From contig PDIP01000004.1 in NCBI GenBank assembly GCA_002811645.1, forward strand, positions 1 through 64,000: 64,000 bases of DNA, in the 5' to 3' direction. How positions within the stretch are numbered: the first letter of the stretch is position 1; each line of letters starts with the position of its first letter. Shown here one piece after another: positions 53,278 to 64,000 of the stretch. The position numbers were made by a program, and so were the translations under genes. Source of the stretch: Corallochytrium limacisporum Hawaii (taxonomy: Eukaryota; Protista; Pluriformea). Under the pieces are notes generated by a model. The model did no database searches. It was not told the origin of the DNA and saw nothing but the letters and a program-made list of their open reading frames with translations.

Positions 53278-54198
53278 TCATGATTGGGTTGCAGTCTTGC
53301 GAAACACTCCTTGGGCAAACGTTCGTTCCATGGACTTTTCCTCCTTGCGATTCTCTACCAAGCGCTCCACCATCTGTGGTGGTTCAACAGGTACCAAACC
53401 AGCTTCGGCCATGAGATCTGCTAGGCGTTCCAAGGTAAAGAAATAAGAAAATGTGCCATCAGAACGAACATAGTAGTTTTGGTCAATCATTTGTCCGGGC
53501 TTGAAGCGAAGCATGGCCATATCCATGTCTCCGTAGTCACGGAAGATCACTACACCACCGACCTTCATACAGGCTGCAACATTCTTCAGAGCCTGTGCCA
53601 TACACTCTGGTGGGACGGCTGAAAGGGTAAAGATCAAAGTCGCCAAATCTACTGTCTGCGGTGGAATGATCTTGTCCTCCACCGGGGAGGACTCGGCAAT
53701 ATTACCCACAAAAGCAGTGATTTTGCCCGACATATACAGCCGATGGCTGTGTACAATCTCAATGGCAGAACTTGCAATGTCTGAGGCGTATGCCTCATAT
53801 TTTTCGATGCCATGATCTTCCAGAAATGGGAAGATGGTGTTGCCCACTCCACAGCCTACTTCATACCAAACACCACCCTCATCCTGTAAATTGATCAAAA
53901 TAAATAGGGAACTCTCATATGTAATATCACTTGTTAGTACTCTGATTAGATTCTGTCGTGTAGAAATGTACGCTGAACGCCACAACACACTTACCCTAAA
54001 TGTAGCAAGGACCGGAAACTCACGCTCTAACCAATGGCGATCCTTGAAAAAGTTGTCTTCGTTGCGCTTGTAAAACTTTGTCCAGCTGCCCTGGTAGTCC
54101 TTCAAGAGTTTCTTATACAATGGCGCGGGCACCTTTTTCCGGGCCTGACGCTTAAGGATGTCTTCAGCAGACCTTTCGCCATCCTCTTGACCACTCAT
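53278..54198 (-). CDS. METTL6: tRNA m3C methyltransferase METTL6/METTL2 (Trm140)-like; join(54198..53995,53883..53278)
   Basis: W..FYKRN...FFKDRHW..REF, EVGCGVGN, IF.LSA, FRDYG..DMA.LRF, YVR.DGT..YFF; one 111-nt GTAAGT..TACTAAC..TTTACAG intron. Confidence 0.85.
   Translation of the reverse strand: MSGQEDGERSAEDILKRQARKKVPAPLYKKLLKDYQGSWTKFYKRNEDNFFKDRHWLEREFPVLATFRVSVLWRSAYISTRQNLIRVLTSDITYESSLFILINLQDEGGVWYEVGCGVGNTIFPFLEDHGIEKYEAYASDIASSAIEIVHSHRLYMSGKITAFVGNIAESSPVEDKIIPPQTVDLATLIFTLSAVPPECMAQALKNVAACMKVGGVVIFRDYGDMDMAMLRFKPGQMIDQNYYVRSDGTFSYFFTLERLADLMAEAGLVPVEPPQMVERLVENRKEEKSMERTFAQGVFRKTATQS
53884..53994 (-). other. spliceosomal intron in METTL6 (in frame, stop-free)
   Basis: AGG|GTAAGT donor, TACTAAC branch site, TTTACAG|G acceptor; removal restores family spacing between REF and EVGCG. 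Confidence 0.85.
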
Positions 54199-54519
54199 GG
54201 CGATCCCGTGTTTGCACCAAAGATGAGCCGATGGGAGTGGTTTTTAAAGATATTTGAGCGCAATTATACCGCTGCCTGATTTTTCTAGGTGGAACGTCAG
54301 CCAGGCTAGAGATACCAACTGACTGGGCCTCAGAGCCAAAGTTTGCAGCTGCAAATCCGGCTTCCGACAGCGGACCTCGTGAAAGGGTTGAAAGCCCCAC
54401 TCAGGTGGCTGTGGGCAAAGAGATGTGGCCTAAACTTGGGTGGGGGGGAGACCATTGAACGGGACCCCAATCTAAAGCTGTCTATTCGCATTTATTGCGC
54501 TTGATCAAAAGCTAGGTTC

Positions 54520-56055
54520 TCAATTCGTGGGCATATCGGAGCTGACTTTGTACTCACGAATAACGACAGGTGCAGACGAACAAGGAATCTGTCCTACTTC
54601 AGTCACGATTGCATCAATGAAATTTGGAGGAGTGACCTCAAACACAAAGTTCAGAACGACTAGGTGCTCGCTGTCTCTCCATCCAGAGAGGAACTTCTGA
54701 GGTGCAGTGTCTACAAGCTCAGCAGGATTGCCCAATTCGTTGTTCACGAAGGAATCAGCCTGAGTCCGCTCGCTAAATTTGTACGTCTCGCATGCCACAA
54801 GGACAGGAATGCAACTGTCTTTCGCCATCATACAGATTAACGAGGTACCAACATTGGACACAACATATCCATTGGCGAGCAGAGCATGAGCATGGACAAT
54901 CACTTTGGTCACCTCCCGCAGTACATACGAAATAGATGTGATCAAGACATAAGAGCAATCCAATCCTACGGCACGCAAACTGGCCAGTACCTGACGTCCC
55001 TTCAGAAGAGGCCGTGAATCCACCACCACAACCCGGAAGTTCTTTTCAGGATTGCTCTGCTTGGCCTTGACAAGCGCGTCAATGACAACCTCGCTATAGC
55101 CATATACAAGAATTACATCACCATTGTGAATGATCCCAGCTGTAGTATCGATGACAGCCTCACGAGCCATAACGATGCGCTCTTTGATAAAAATATCGAT
55201 GTCATCAATCAGGTCCTGGAGCACCTGCTCGTCATCCTTCGCGTCTGGGGAGATGGCTTGAATCAATCCCTTAACAAAATTAATGGAGTTTCCCATGCTC
55301 ACGCTTAAGCGTCGACACTTAGTCAGGAAGTTGACATGGACCTTGACGAGCTCACCCAGATATCGACGAACCTCTTTTCCGGGTGGGATGCGGTGTTTAT
55401 GCAGTAGTTCTTTGAACGCCTGAAGGAATGCAACGGCTCTAGCATTACTGCCATATAGTACACCGCGAGCCATCTTCAGGCCGATGTCGATGAAAGCAGG
55501 ATGAATGTTTGTGTTTCCCAGATGGATGTTTGTAGTCGGACTCAGATCCCAATCCCGCTGGGGAATGTGACTGAAAAGCTCAATGTGCTTATTAACGCCG
55601 GCAAACTTGACTTCCTTCTTCTCCCTCCGATTACTCTTCACTGCTGTAGATGATACCGTAGCAACCACTCCATCGATAGACAGCTGCGAGTTACGCTTCT
55701 TGTCACCTTGGTTCTGCTGCTTCTGCTGCTTCTGCTGTTTCTGCTGGCTACCACCAGTCTGCCGCGCAGCCTTTTCAGCCTTTTGCTTCTCTTGCAGCGC
55801 TCTACGTTCTGCCTTTGTCAGTTTTGGCTTCGGCTCAATTCCCGGTGGTCTTTCTCCGCGAGGTTCCTTTTTCTTCTTTTGCTTCTTCTGTGTCTTGCTG
55901 CTATCCTCAGTTCGTCCAGGACTGTCCTGGGTTCCCTTGTCCTCGGAATTCTCACTCTGTCTGCGTATCCGATTCTTGCGCTCCTCTTCACGATCAAGCT
56001 TCTCTGCAATAGAGTCCAACTCCGCCTCGGCGGCAAACGAAGGTGTATCCGCCAT
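54520..56055 (-). CDS. EIF2B4: translation initiation factor eIF2B delta subunit
   Basis: LTKAERRALQE.Q, LFSH, IHPA...G, GSNAR, CR.LSVSMGN, FRVVVVDSRP..G, AHALLANG, CETYKF.ER.Q.DSFV.NELG, TE.G.IP.SS.PV. Confidence 0.95.
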   Translation of the reverse strand: MADTPSFAAEAELDSIAEKLDREEERKNRIRRQSENSEDKGTQDSPGRTEDSSKTQKKQKKKKEPRGERPPGIEPKPKLTKAERRALQEKQKAEKAARQTGGSQQKQQKQQKQQNQGDKKRNSQLSIDGVVATVSSTAVKSNRREKKEVKFAGVNKHIELFSHIPQRDWDLSPTTNIHLGNTNIHPAFIDIGLKMARGVLYGSNARAVAFLQAFKELLHKHRIPPGKEVRRYLGELVKVHVNFLTKCRRLSVSMGNSINFVKGLIQAISPDAKDDEQVLQDLIDDIDIFIKERIVMAREAVIDTTAGIIHNGDVILVYGYSEVVIDALVKAKQSNPEKNFRVVVVDSRPLLKGRQVLASLRAVGLDCSYVLITSISYVLREVTKVIVHAHALLANGYVVSNVGTSLICMMAKDSCIPVLVACETYKFSERTQADSFVNNELGNPAELVDTAPQKFLSGWRDSEHLVVLNFVFEVTPPNFIDAIVTEVGQIPCSSAPVVIREYKVSSDMPTN

Positions 56056-56563
56056 AATTACAACGTGTACGATCTACAACTTTTCTCCACAAGCAAACAT
56101 TAAGGCGTCACACCATCCTCGTCGTGTAGTATCCCTGCTATCGCTTTAGGTATCTGGTGGGCTAGTGTAAGTTGTGTTCAGCACAATCATCCCATAGTAC
56201 TCTCTGTACGACAGATTGCGCAAATGCAAATTGAATACCTTCGAAATCAGTGGTCAGCAAATTAAAATACCAATATCACCATATATGCTACCCGCCTGCC
56301 CTCCTTCGGAGACAGCGCAATGCCCAACGGGAACATAAGCGCTAGGCCACGCGTGGGGAGTTGGGGGGCGGAGGGCGACGGGAGACAAGGGCAGCCAGGG
56401 GCGTACCTCGTCGTATGTTTCTCCCCTTCCCTGCTTTGACTTTTTCGCAGAGCTGGGCAGGATTTCGTACTGAATGTATGGTAAGCGATTCCGTACAAAT
56501 GCAATTGCACTGCAACACATACCCAATTGATTTCTAAATACTGTGTATTGATCGGAGATTGAG

Positions 56564-58288
56564 CTAGTAGTAGTCGAAGACGAGGTCCTCCTTACGGGAG
56601 CGGATCAAGTTGGTGACCGACCGGCTGGACATCATAACACTACCGTCGATTGTCAGGTGACGGAGCCCGAGATCTTCGGTCTCCGTGACGTAATGAAGGA
56701 ATTCATCATCGACGTTCATTAGGAAAGACATTGACAGATATTGCAATCCAGGCATTTGGACGACGGCGATCATACCATCACTGGTAATAACATTGTTGGA
56801 GGCGACCCGCAGTGCCAACAGCTGGCTTCGCAGATGACTCTGGGCAATGGTGTACATGGCGTTGTTCGACAATTTGGACACACCATTGAGATGGAGGATC
56901 TTCAATTTAGGGCACCCACTATCATCACACAGATATTCAATGCCACGGTCCGTCAGATTCTTCATGCTAAGATAGAGAGACGTCAAATTCTTGAATATAG
57001 GTCCCCTTGCGAGGCCATGCATGCTGCGATCGCTGATACCGCCGCAGTGTTCTATACACAGAACACGAATTCTTGAAGAGATCGGCTCCGGTAGGTGAAC
57101 TTCGCCGTCGTCTGCGCCCTGGTTCCCCGGAAACTTCATGCTTTCGCATGCACAAGCGCGTACAGTTGGGGAACATTCGTCTGCTGCTGACAGTTCATCC
57201 TCATCCACGTCATGTGCATCAAACGGTGATGTCTTACTACTGACACGCTGAACAGGTTTATGAAGTGCTGCATGTATTGTGCGACACTTCGTTGTCAGGC
57301 CACGCTGTCGTTGAACACTTTGGTCGTCTTCCAGACCAGCCATGTACAACAGGCCCGCGTCTGTAAACGCTGAGCAAAATCCAAGTTCCAGACGGTCAAG
57401 GCAGGTGCTTGCTGCCCGTAAGCAACACATGGTGCAGTCACTGAGCCCGCTTATGTTTGACAACGTGACCGTTTTCAAATGGTGACTCTTCATCATAGCT
57501 TGCCCCAAAATAGGTTCCTTGATCTCCTTCACGTGGCGAAGGCTCAGTTCTTCAATGGAGGCTTTCTCGCCCAATGTCTCTATAGCATCCGCACCAATGA
57601 CACAGTGAGAATTAATTGTGAGGCTAGTAGGCCTTTCTAACTCAGACAATGCCTTTACTGCATTGCCTGATGACTTTTGACAGTTGATCATACTCAGTTT
57701 CGTCAGTCCTGGTGTTGCAACGGAGAACAAGCCCGCAAAGTCCTTGTACGAAAACCCCCGACACCGCAGGAACCATATATGCTGTAACGACTTAGCTTTC
57801 TCGATTAATGCTTTGATGTGGCGAAAGGCCACCACCAGGACGGCAGGGTAAGTGCCATCTGGATCGGCAAAGCTCCCAATCACTCCCAGGGAGTGAATAT
57901 TGTGACACTTGCCAGCAAGGTGCATGATAATTGTTCCCGTGCCATTCTTATGAAACCAACCCGACTCTGATCTCAGCTCGATCACAACACTGCCGATGGA
58001 AGCGAATGCTGCGGTGCGGAATTTGCGACTGATGCATGCGAATTCCATCAATACTTTGTACGAGTCGACATTCAATGCTAATTCCTTCTGCTGGGATGAG
58101 AACTTCAGCTGCACGTCCTCGCTGTCCCTGCCATCTCGACGGTAAACTAATTCGGGAACAACCCGTTTCTGCTGCTTCACATGACTGCCAAATCCTATCT
58201 GTCTAGCGGCTACGGTGTCGGACATCGACATCGCGACGATTCTGGACAGAAGCTCCAGTGGAAGATCTTGAACGGTGGTTGTTCCCAT
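56564..58288 (-). CDS. F-box/LRR-repeat protein
   Basis: N-terminal DLPLELL.RI, later FACIS..FR, and cysteine-containing LRRs (L.L..C...TD.GL, ISD.S, LTD.GI). Confidence 0.8.
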   Translation of the reverse strand: MGTTTVQDLPLELLSRIVAMSMSDTVAARQIGFGSHVKQQKRVVPELVYRRDGRDSEDVQLKFSSQQKELALNVDSYKVLMEFACISRKFRTAAFASIGSVVIELRSESGWFHKNGTGTIIMHLAGKCHNIHSLGVIGSFADPDGTYPAVLVVAFRHIKALIEKAKSLQHIWFLRCRGFSYKDFAGLFSVATPGLTKLSMINCQKSSGNAVKALSELERPTSLTINSHCVIGADAIETLGEKASIEELSLRHVKEIKEPILGQAMMKSHHLKTVTLSNISGLSDCTMCCLRAASTCLDRLELGFCSAFTDAGLLYMAGLEDDQSVQRQRGLTTKCRTIHAALHKPVQRVSSKTSPFDAHDVDEDELSAADECSPTVRACACESMKFPGNQGADDGEVHLPEPISSRIRVLCIEHCGGISDRSMHGLARGPIFKNLTSLYLSMKNLTDRGIEYLCDDSGCPKLKILHLNGVSKLSNNAMYTIAQSHLRSQLLALRVASNNVITSDGMIAVVQMPGLQYLSMSFLMNVDDEFLHYVTETEDLGLRHLTIDGSVMMSSRSVTNLIRSRKEDLVFDYY

Positions 58289-58707
58289 GGTTTCAAGCTC
58301 GACATAGACAAAAAGGAACTAAGCGACGAACGATTCGCGCTTTCTGTGCCAAAGCACCTAAGGACCTCCAGTCTGGGAGTGCGAAACAGTGCTTCGAAAG
58401 GTCTTGAAGTACCATGAACTCCTTGTTTCTAACCGGTGGAGAGTCCCAACGGTTTGTCCTCTTTCTCGACCTCGTACTCCCGCTCCTCGGCCGGTACGAT
58501 CAGCGGCCCTTTGTGGTGGGGGGGGCCCGGGAGGGGGGGAGGCAGGGAAAACGGATTGGGCGGGAGTGAATTACTATTGGATCCAATGACCCACCTGGCT
58601 CCCCACTGGTAGGGGTATTTGCGGAAGTTTGCACCTGTGATAACGCGTGGGTTTCGTATACCGGTAATCTCCTGGTGGCGTGCCCCGGTTCGCAGGCTCG
58701 CAAGATT

Positions 58708-59385
58708 ATGAAGTGCAATGAAAACTTGTGCCTCATAGCCGATCCACTACGGCTGGTGCCGTATGAGAGCAGGCATGTCCCACTGTATCATGAGTGGATG
58801 AAGAGTGAAGAGTTGCAGGAACTGACAGGATCGGAACCTCTTTCACTACAAGAAGAATATGACATGCAGCGCAAGTGGCGAGACGACGAGGACAAGTTAA
58901 CATTTATTATTCTCGACACAAGTCGTGATGCAAAGGAGGAGTCGTGTTTCATGATAGGCGACATTAATCTCTTCGTATCCGATGAGCGCGTGGGTGAGGT
59001 GGAACTCATGGTCGCAGAGCCCTCAGCAAGGGGCAAGGGCTACGGCATCAAGTCTGTTAATGTATTCCTAAGCTATGGTAAGTAGAGATGTTCATCGACA
59101 GTATTAGATTTACAAACTGACAAGATGCTAACAGATCTTCCGCTCCGTCAGGTAAAAGTTTTTAGTGCTAAAGTTGCAACTCTCAACATTGTAGACCGCA
59201 TTGAGGCCAAGATCAAGGCCGGAAATACACCAAGCATGCGTCTGTTCGAGAAGGCCGGATTTGTGTTTGTAAAGGAGAATCCTGTGTTTCAAGAAGTCAT
59301 CTACGAAGCACCCGTCTCCCATTGGAAAGGAAAAGAATTCACCACTCGAGACTATGTTCCCATCGGAGAAGAATTAAAGAAGTAG
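58708..59385 (+). CDS. NAT9: GNAT N-acetyltransferase NAT9-like, one intron (donor 59078; acceptor probably 59173, alternatively 59134)
   Basis: MK.NEN, LVPY...HV..YHEWM, LT.SEPLSL.EEY.MQ..W..D.DK.TFII, MIGDINLF, GE.E.M.AE...RGKG.G, EAKI...N..S..LF.K.GF, VF.E; G|GTAAGT at 59077/8. Confidence 0.9.
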
Positions 59386-59653
59386 TCCTGCTATCCTAGT
59401 GTGTGAACGTATTGCTTTTCGGTTTTGCCTTGAGATCCTCAAGACCACAGGTTTTGATCAGTTAGGCTTCCGAGGCGCGAGACTTAATTGGACCGATGCA
59501 CTGTCGTCTCTACGGCCCGATGGCTCCAGGGATCCATTTGTCCACGCGAACGCCTGCTAATTTCCTGGTCCCCTCAAAAGGGCCACTTTGCTCAGGAGTA
59601 CATATATCAATTTTTCGCGAAGCCCATCAGCAAGTGATCATCCAAGCACAGCT

Positions 59654-59726
59654 GCCTCCGTAGCTCAGTCGGTAGAGCATGGGACTCTTAATCCCAGGGT
59701 CGCGGGTTCGAGCCCCGCCGGTGGCT
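59654..59726 (+). tRNA. tRNA-Lys(CTT)
   Basis: cloverleaf GCCTCCG TA GCTC..GAGC A TGGGA CTCTTAA TCCCA .. GCGGG TTCGAGC CCCGC CGGTGGC T; downstream T-run. Confidence 0.95.
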
Positions 59727-59834
59727 GTTTGGCACATTTGCCTTCTTTTTTTTCCTCTCTTTATATTGTATTAAGGAGTAGGATAAAAAGGAAACAGTCT
59801 GCCTTTTTCCTCTTTGACACATCCAATTTCAGCT

Positions 59835-59907
59835 GCCTCCGTAGCTCAGTCGGTAGAGCATGGGACTCTTAATCCCAGGGTCGCGGGTTCGAGCCCCGCC
59901 GGTGGCT
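59835..59907 (+). tRNA. tRNA-Lys(CTT), identical second copy
   Basis: identical 73-nt sequence, same 5' flank cagct, downstream poly-T. Confidence 0.95.
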
Positions 59908-59943
59908 AAACTGGATGCTTGGAAAACAGCTGTGCTTGGCTCC

Positions 59944-59959
59944 TTTTTTTTTTTTTTTT
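59944..59959 (+). terminator. Pol III terminator (oligo-dT) after the second tRNA
   Basis: long T-run about 35 nt after the tRNA 3' end; a similar run at about 59746-59753 follows copy 1. Confidence 0.6.
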
Positions 59960-60928
59960 ATGGCGCTTCTACAACCCTTTGGTTTTGTCAGCGCAGGTCT
60001 GATGTTGTCACCCTCGAGCAGAGCGGATTGTTAGGTGTCGGGCTCACGCAGAATTTCCCCTCCCTCCTGTATTCTTCCCCGGCTCGAGTAAGCCCCCAGC
60101 CTCGCGGGGAGTTTGGGTGTAATTCGGTTTCGGCCTGTCAATACTTGTCCGCCGATGGGCTCTCACACCCCCAACCCCCTCTCGGCCCGTGCACAATCAC
60201 ACCACCCCGGCCCGGCACACCGCGGCAACGGTCGTGGTAGTGTGCCTAGAGTGGGGAACCATTGGCTCCACCATTTCCTTTGTCACCCATTTTCGCCAGC
60301 TTCTTGTCTTCGGGCTTCTCGCTTTTGTTCTCCTGACTGCGGGGCCGGCGAAGGATTTGTGAAAATTTTCACCAAAGGAAGATTCAAGAAATGGATTTGG
60401 AGGCGGAGGAGGAGAAGAATTTGACTTGCTGGGAATGAATGAATGGCTTTTTTGCCGTAGAGGCCTCCCAGGCCGGCCGCCCTGCGGGGGATTTTCCCCT
60501 GTTAGCGCTCAGGTGGTTGCTGTCCCACTCCGCTGCGGCAGTCGACGATGATGATGTGAGGGCCGTGCGTATGCGGACCGTTTGCTTCGAATGGAGGTGA
60601 GTTGAGCTCAATCGTTGACCACGGTGGAATAGAATCACCCGTGGGTCGCTATAAGGTGAAACAAGAGGTGATGGTTCCCGTCCTCTAACCAGTCACAGGA
60701 TGGCGTATTAAAGGATTGACATGGCTGCAATCAGACCCATGTGTTTGCTGGAATGACTAGAAACACAACTGAATTCGCACAGTTGTACATTTCAAGCTAA
60801 GGTTTTTATATTTGTCTAGGTGTCAGTTTGCTTCTTAGCGAAACAAACACCTGCAAATTGTCTGTCGAGCAACCATTGAACCCCAACCAAAGAGACCGTG
60901 CACAGAAACCCACGAACGGGACGTAGCC

Positions 60929-61624
60929 ATGTCGGGAAATCCGGAAGTATCTGAGCCTGGGACAGATCTGACTGTCGCTCAGATAAGGCAGTATACCAAA
61001 AAGGCTCCTCCTCCTCTCGAGGACCCTTACAACCTGTCCAAGATTGCAGATAAAATTCAGACCACCAACCCTGCACCTCGGGATACTCTCATAGATTTGG
61101 CAAGGAGCATTCAGCATGCCGATTCAGTTCTGAAGGCTGCTACCGGAAACAAACTGGCCACTATTGCGGAACAAATCAAACGCCTACAGGATGAGGCCCG
61201 TCAGGTCATGGAGGATGCTGTCGTGGATTCCCAGCTCCACCGTGCTGCCTGCAATTTCCAAAAGCGCCCTGGTCAACTCTATCATCTCTATGAGAAGTCT
61301 GACGGAACACCGTACCTTAGTATGCTGTCCCCGGCCGAGTGGGGCAAGAATCACAAGCATAAGTATCTGGGTAGCTACCGCTTGGAGCTTGACCAGAGCT
61401 GGACTCCGGTTGAGAAAATCGCTGAGCGTGATCGCCGCTACGATTTCATTGAGCACATGATGGGTGACAACATGATCATGAAGGGCAGCTTGTTCGAACG
61501 GAATGGCGCTATCGCTGCTGGTGATGACGAAAAGACATATATGCTTACAGGACACCACATCAAGAACAGCGATGGTAAAGCTGAGCAGCGAGAAAGTCCC
61601 GTTGTGGAACACATGGACGAGTAA
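60929..61624 (+). CDS. C1orf50 / DUF2452 family protein
   Basis: DLA..IQ.AD, KL..IAEQI..LQ..A, LH.AACNF.K.PG..YHLY, Y.SMLSP.EW, G.Y.L..D.SWTP. Confidence 0.85.
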   Translation: MSGNPEVSEPGTDLTVAQIRQYTKKAPPPLEDPYNLSKIADKIQTTNPAPRDTLIDLARSIQHADSVLKAATGNKLATIAEQIKRLQDEARQVMEDAVVDSQLHRAACNFQKRPGQLYHLYEKSDGTPYLSMLSPAEWGKNHKHKYLGSYRLELDQSWTPVEKIAERDRRYDFIEHMMGDNMIMKGSLFERNGAIAAGDDEKTYMLTGHHIKNSDGKAEQRESPVVEHMDE

Positions 61625-62253
61625 GCGAGGCAAGACTGGACCATCGTCCTCAGCTGCTGTATGTTGCGGAGGCATGATACCTATCACGGATACTGCATAA
61701 TACACTTGCCCTGAATCACCAGACTATAGGTCGCTCTCCGTTAAGTTCAGAATTGATTACCATACCAATTGATGCCATTGCCACCCCAATTGACGCGTTG
61801 TCAACATACCGTCAGCAACACCCAAGAGCCAAGCGACGGAACAGCTCCTTCCCTGCGCCCGGTATTGACTGTATAGGGCCAACCCCTACCCTACTCGGTA
61901 ATAAAACATGCAAATCAATAGTGCCCGCTGTGACTGACAGATTGCAATGAGCTGCTACGGAACAGTGTCGGGAGCTAGGAGTATGGGATCCGGAGTGGTG
62001 TCTGCTGGTGGCCATGTGAGAGAGGGGGGGATGCAGTGGTGAAAGGAGAAAAAAAAGGCCAATCTTTGGAGTGCGGCGGTCTCTCCTCCACAGGGTCAGC
62101 GACAGTGGCCTCTACTGGCGCACGGACCTGCAAAGTTTGCTTGTTTAGATGGTTTTTGAGAGTGTCTATTCGTTCACAAACAGATAGATCGTGATTACAG
62201 AGAACAAGGACTATTTTGCTGTCTTCCATATATACACACTTTGAATCATCAAT

Positions 62254-63867
62254 ATGTCGGACGGGTTCAGCAGTGCCTTTGGCCAGCTTTCGATTGCGGA
62301 AACAGCTGAGGAGAAGCTCGAGCTCATAAACCGCAATCTGGATGAGGTGCTCGGTAGCAAGAAGCTGGAAGAAATCGTGAAAGAGAGGCCCCTCAAGATT
62401 TACTGGGGTACTGCTACCACGGGAAAGCCTCATATCGCCTACTTTGTTCCCATCTCAAAGATTGCCGACTTCTTGCGGGCAGGATGTGAGATTACAATTT
62501 TGTTCGCCGACTTGCATGCTTACTTGGATAACATGAAGGCACCTTGGGACCTCCTGCAACTGCGTGTCAAGTACTACGAGGCTGTTATCAAGTCCATGTT
62601 GGAGTCTATTGGTGTGCCCCTTGATAAACTAAAGTTTGTGCAGGGTACCAGCTTTCAGCTGTCTCGGGAATACACTCTTGATGTATACAAGATGAGCAGT
62701 TTGGTAACGGAGCATGATGCCAAGAAGGCTGGTGCCGAGGTGGTCAAGCAAGTTGAGAGCGCTTTGCTCTCCGGTCTTCTGTACCCTGGTCTGCAGGCTC
62801 TTGACGAGCACTACCTCGGTGTAGATGCCCAATTTGGCGGTGTTGACCAGCGCAAGATTTTCGTATACGCTGAAAAGTACCTTCCCATCCTCGGCTATGA
62901 GAAGCGTATCCATCTCATGAACCCCATGGTCCCAGGCCTAACTGGCGCCAAGATGAGCTCTTCCGAAGTCGATTCAAAGATTGACCTGCTCGACAGTGCC
63001 AAGGATGTCGCAAAGAAAGTCAAGAAGGCCTTCTGTGAGGAGGGTGTCATTGAGGGCAACGGTGTGCTGGCCTTCTGCCGAACGGTAATCTTCCCTCTGC
63101 TTAAGGGCGCTGGTAAGGTCTTTGATATCAAACGCAAGGAGGAATACGGTGGCAACGTCTCATTCGACACGTACGAACACCTCGAAGCCGCCTTCATTGA
63201 CAAGAAAATTTTCCCATTGGATCTGAAGCAGGCAGTTATTGATTACCTGAACGGACTCCTGGAGCCCATCCGTCGCAAGTTTGCAGAGTCCAAGGAGTTG
63301 CAGGAGATCACTGCCAAGGCCTATCCCAAGGAGGCCAAGAAAGCCGCAGTGAAAGTTGTGGAGAATCGGGAGGCGGACATCAGCCGGTGTGACATCCGAA
63401 TCGGACAAATCAAGAGCATCGAGCCGGTTGAGAACGCGGACTCGCTGTTTAAGGAGATGATTGATGTGGGTACTGGATCCGATGTCCAGGTTGTGAGTGG
63501 ATTACGGAAGTTCTACAAAGAAGAGGACCTGCTTGGCAAAAAAGTTGCTGTGCTTTGCAATATGAAGCCTTCTCGTATGAAAGGAGTTGAGTCCAAGGCC
63601 ATGGTCTTGGCAACTGCAAGTGAAGACGGGAGCATCGTCGAAGTGCTCGAAGTTCCTGAGGGGGCTACCATTGGCGAGCGCGTGATTTGTGATGGTTATG
63701 ATGCCGAGCCCGACGAGCAGTTGAACCCACGGAGAAAGGTTTGGGAGAAGTGCGCTGTTGACCTCAAGGTCAACGGCAAGGGCGTGGCTACCTACCGCGA
63801 TGTCGAACTTAACACTTCCGGCGGCCCACTGTCCTCGAAGACACTCAAGGATGCTTTCATCCGCTAA
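62254..63867 (+). CDS. YARS1: cytoplasmic tyrosyl-tRNA synthetase with C-terminal EMAP II-like domain
   Basis: [47 protein letters not shown], then DIRIG.I...ADSL..E.IDVG..VVSGL..CNMKP..M.GV.S.AMVL. Confidence 0.97.
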   Translation: MSDGFSSAFGQLSIAETAEEKLELINRNLDEVLGSKKLEEIVKERPLKIYWGTATTGKPHIAYFVPISKIADFLRAGCEITILFADLHAYLDNMKAPWDLLQLRVKYYEAVIKSMLESIGVPLDKLKFVQGTSFQLSREYTLDVYKMSSLVTEHDAKKAGAEVVKQVESALLSGLLYPGLQALDEHYLGVDAQFGGVDQRKIFVYAEKYLPILGYEKRIHLMNPMVPGLTGAKMSSSEVDSKIDLLDSAKDVAKKVKKAFCEEGVIEGNGVLAFCRTVIFPLLKGAGKVFDIKRKEEYGGNVSFDTYEHLEAAFIDKKIFPLDLKQAVIDYLNGLLEPIRRKFAESKELQEITAKAYPKEAKKAAVKVVENREADISRCDIRIGQIKSIEPVENADSLFKEMIDVGTGSDVQVVSGLRKFYKEEDLLGKKVAVLCNMKPSRMKGVESKAMVLATASEDGSIVEVLEVPEGATIGERVICDGYDAEPDEQLNPRRKVWEKCAVDLKVNGKGVATYRDVELNTSGGPLSSKTLKDAFIR

Positions 63868-64000
63868 AGAACTCACACCAGTTTCTCGTCTCTGTCACTG
63901 AGTAAAGCAAGTAGCAAGTCAAGTTTTCATTGATCGAAATACATGACGTTATGAGTTTATGATACAAGTATGTAAAAGATGTGTTCAGAGACAAGATTTA

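Noticed and set aside
53278-63867. Translation-gene cluster (METTL6, eIF2B-delta, tRNAs, YARS)
   Set aside because: Unrelated genes are interspersed and the tRNA identity (Lys) does not match TyrRS; likely coincidence

Overview
Gene-dense, nearly intronless eukaryotic nuclear DNA. It is most consistent with a compact-genome unicellular opisthokont or holozoan such as a Corallochytrium-like organism. This is an inference from the animal-type YARS-EMAPII, ACTMAP, BRI3, KIAA0930 and UBL4A genes occurring alongside fungal-type Pil1 and Agd3-like genes. The window holds about 28 protein genes, two identical tRNA-Lys(CTT) genes, a Tc1/mariner transposase next to a 251-bp N gap, and microsatellites. 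Main highlights: (1) a tandem pair of Agd3-derived type I membrane proteins that keep the CBM87-like and C-terminal beta domains, have lost the CE18 deacetylase domain, and have gained a Ser-Gly/acidic stalk, a TM helix and PDZ-type tails, with a stop inside the TM of one copy; (2) a large ZZ-ePHD-ZZ-GATA-like amino-DNA methyltransferase (HPPY) with a second degenerate MTase copy, plus an MT-A70 AMT6/7-like gene, pointing to 6mA machinery; (3) an eisosome Pil1-type BAR domain fused to an RBM39/MAN1-type UHM domain. All family calls come from motif recognition by eye; no database searches were run.
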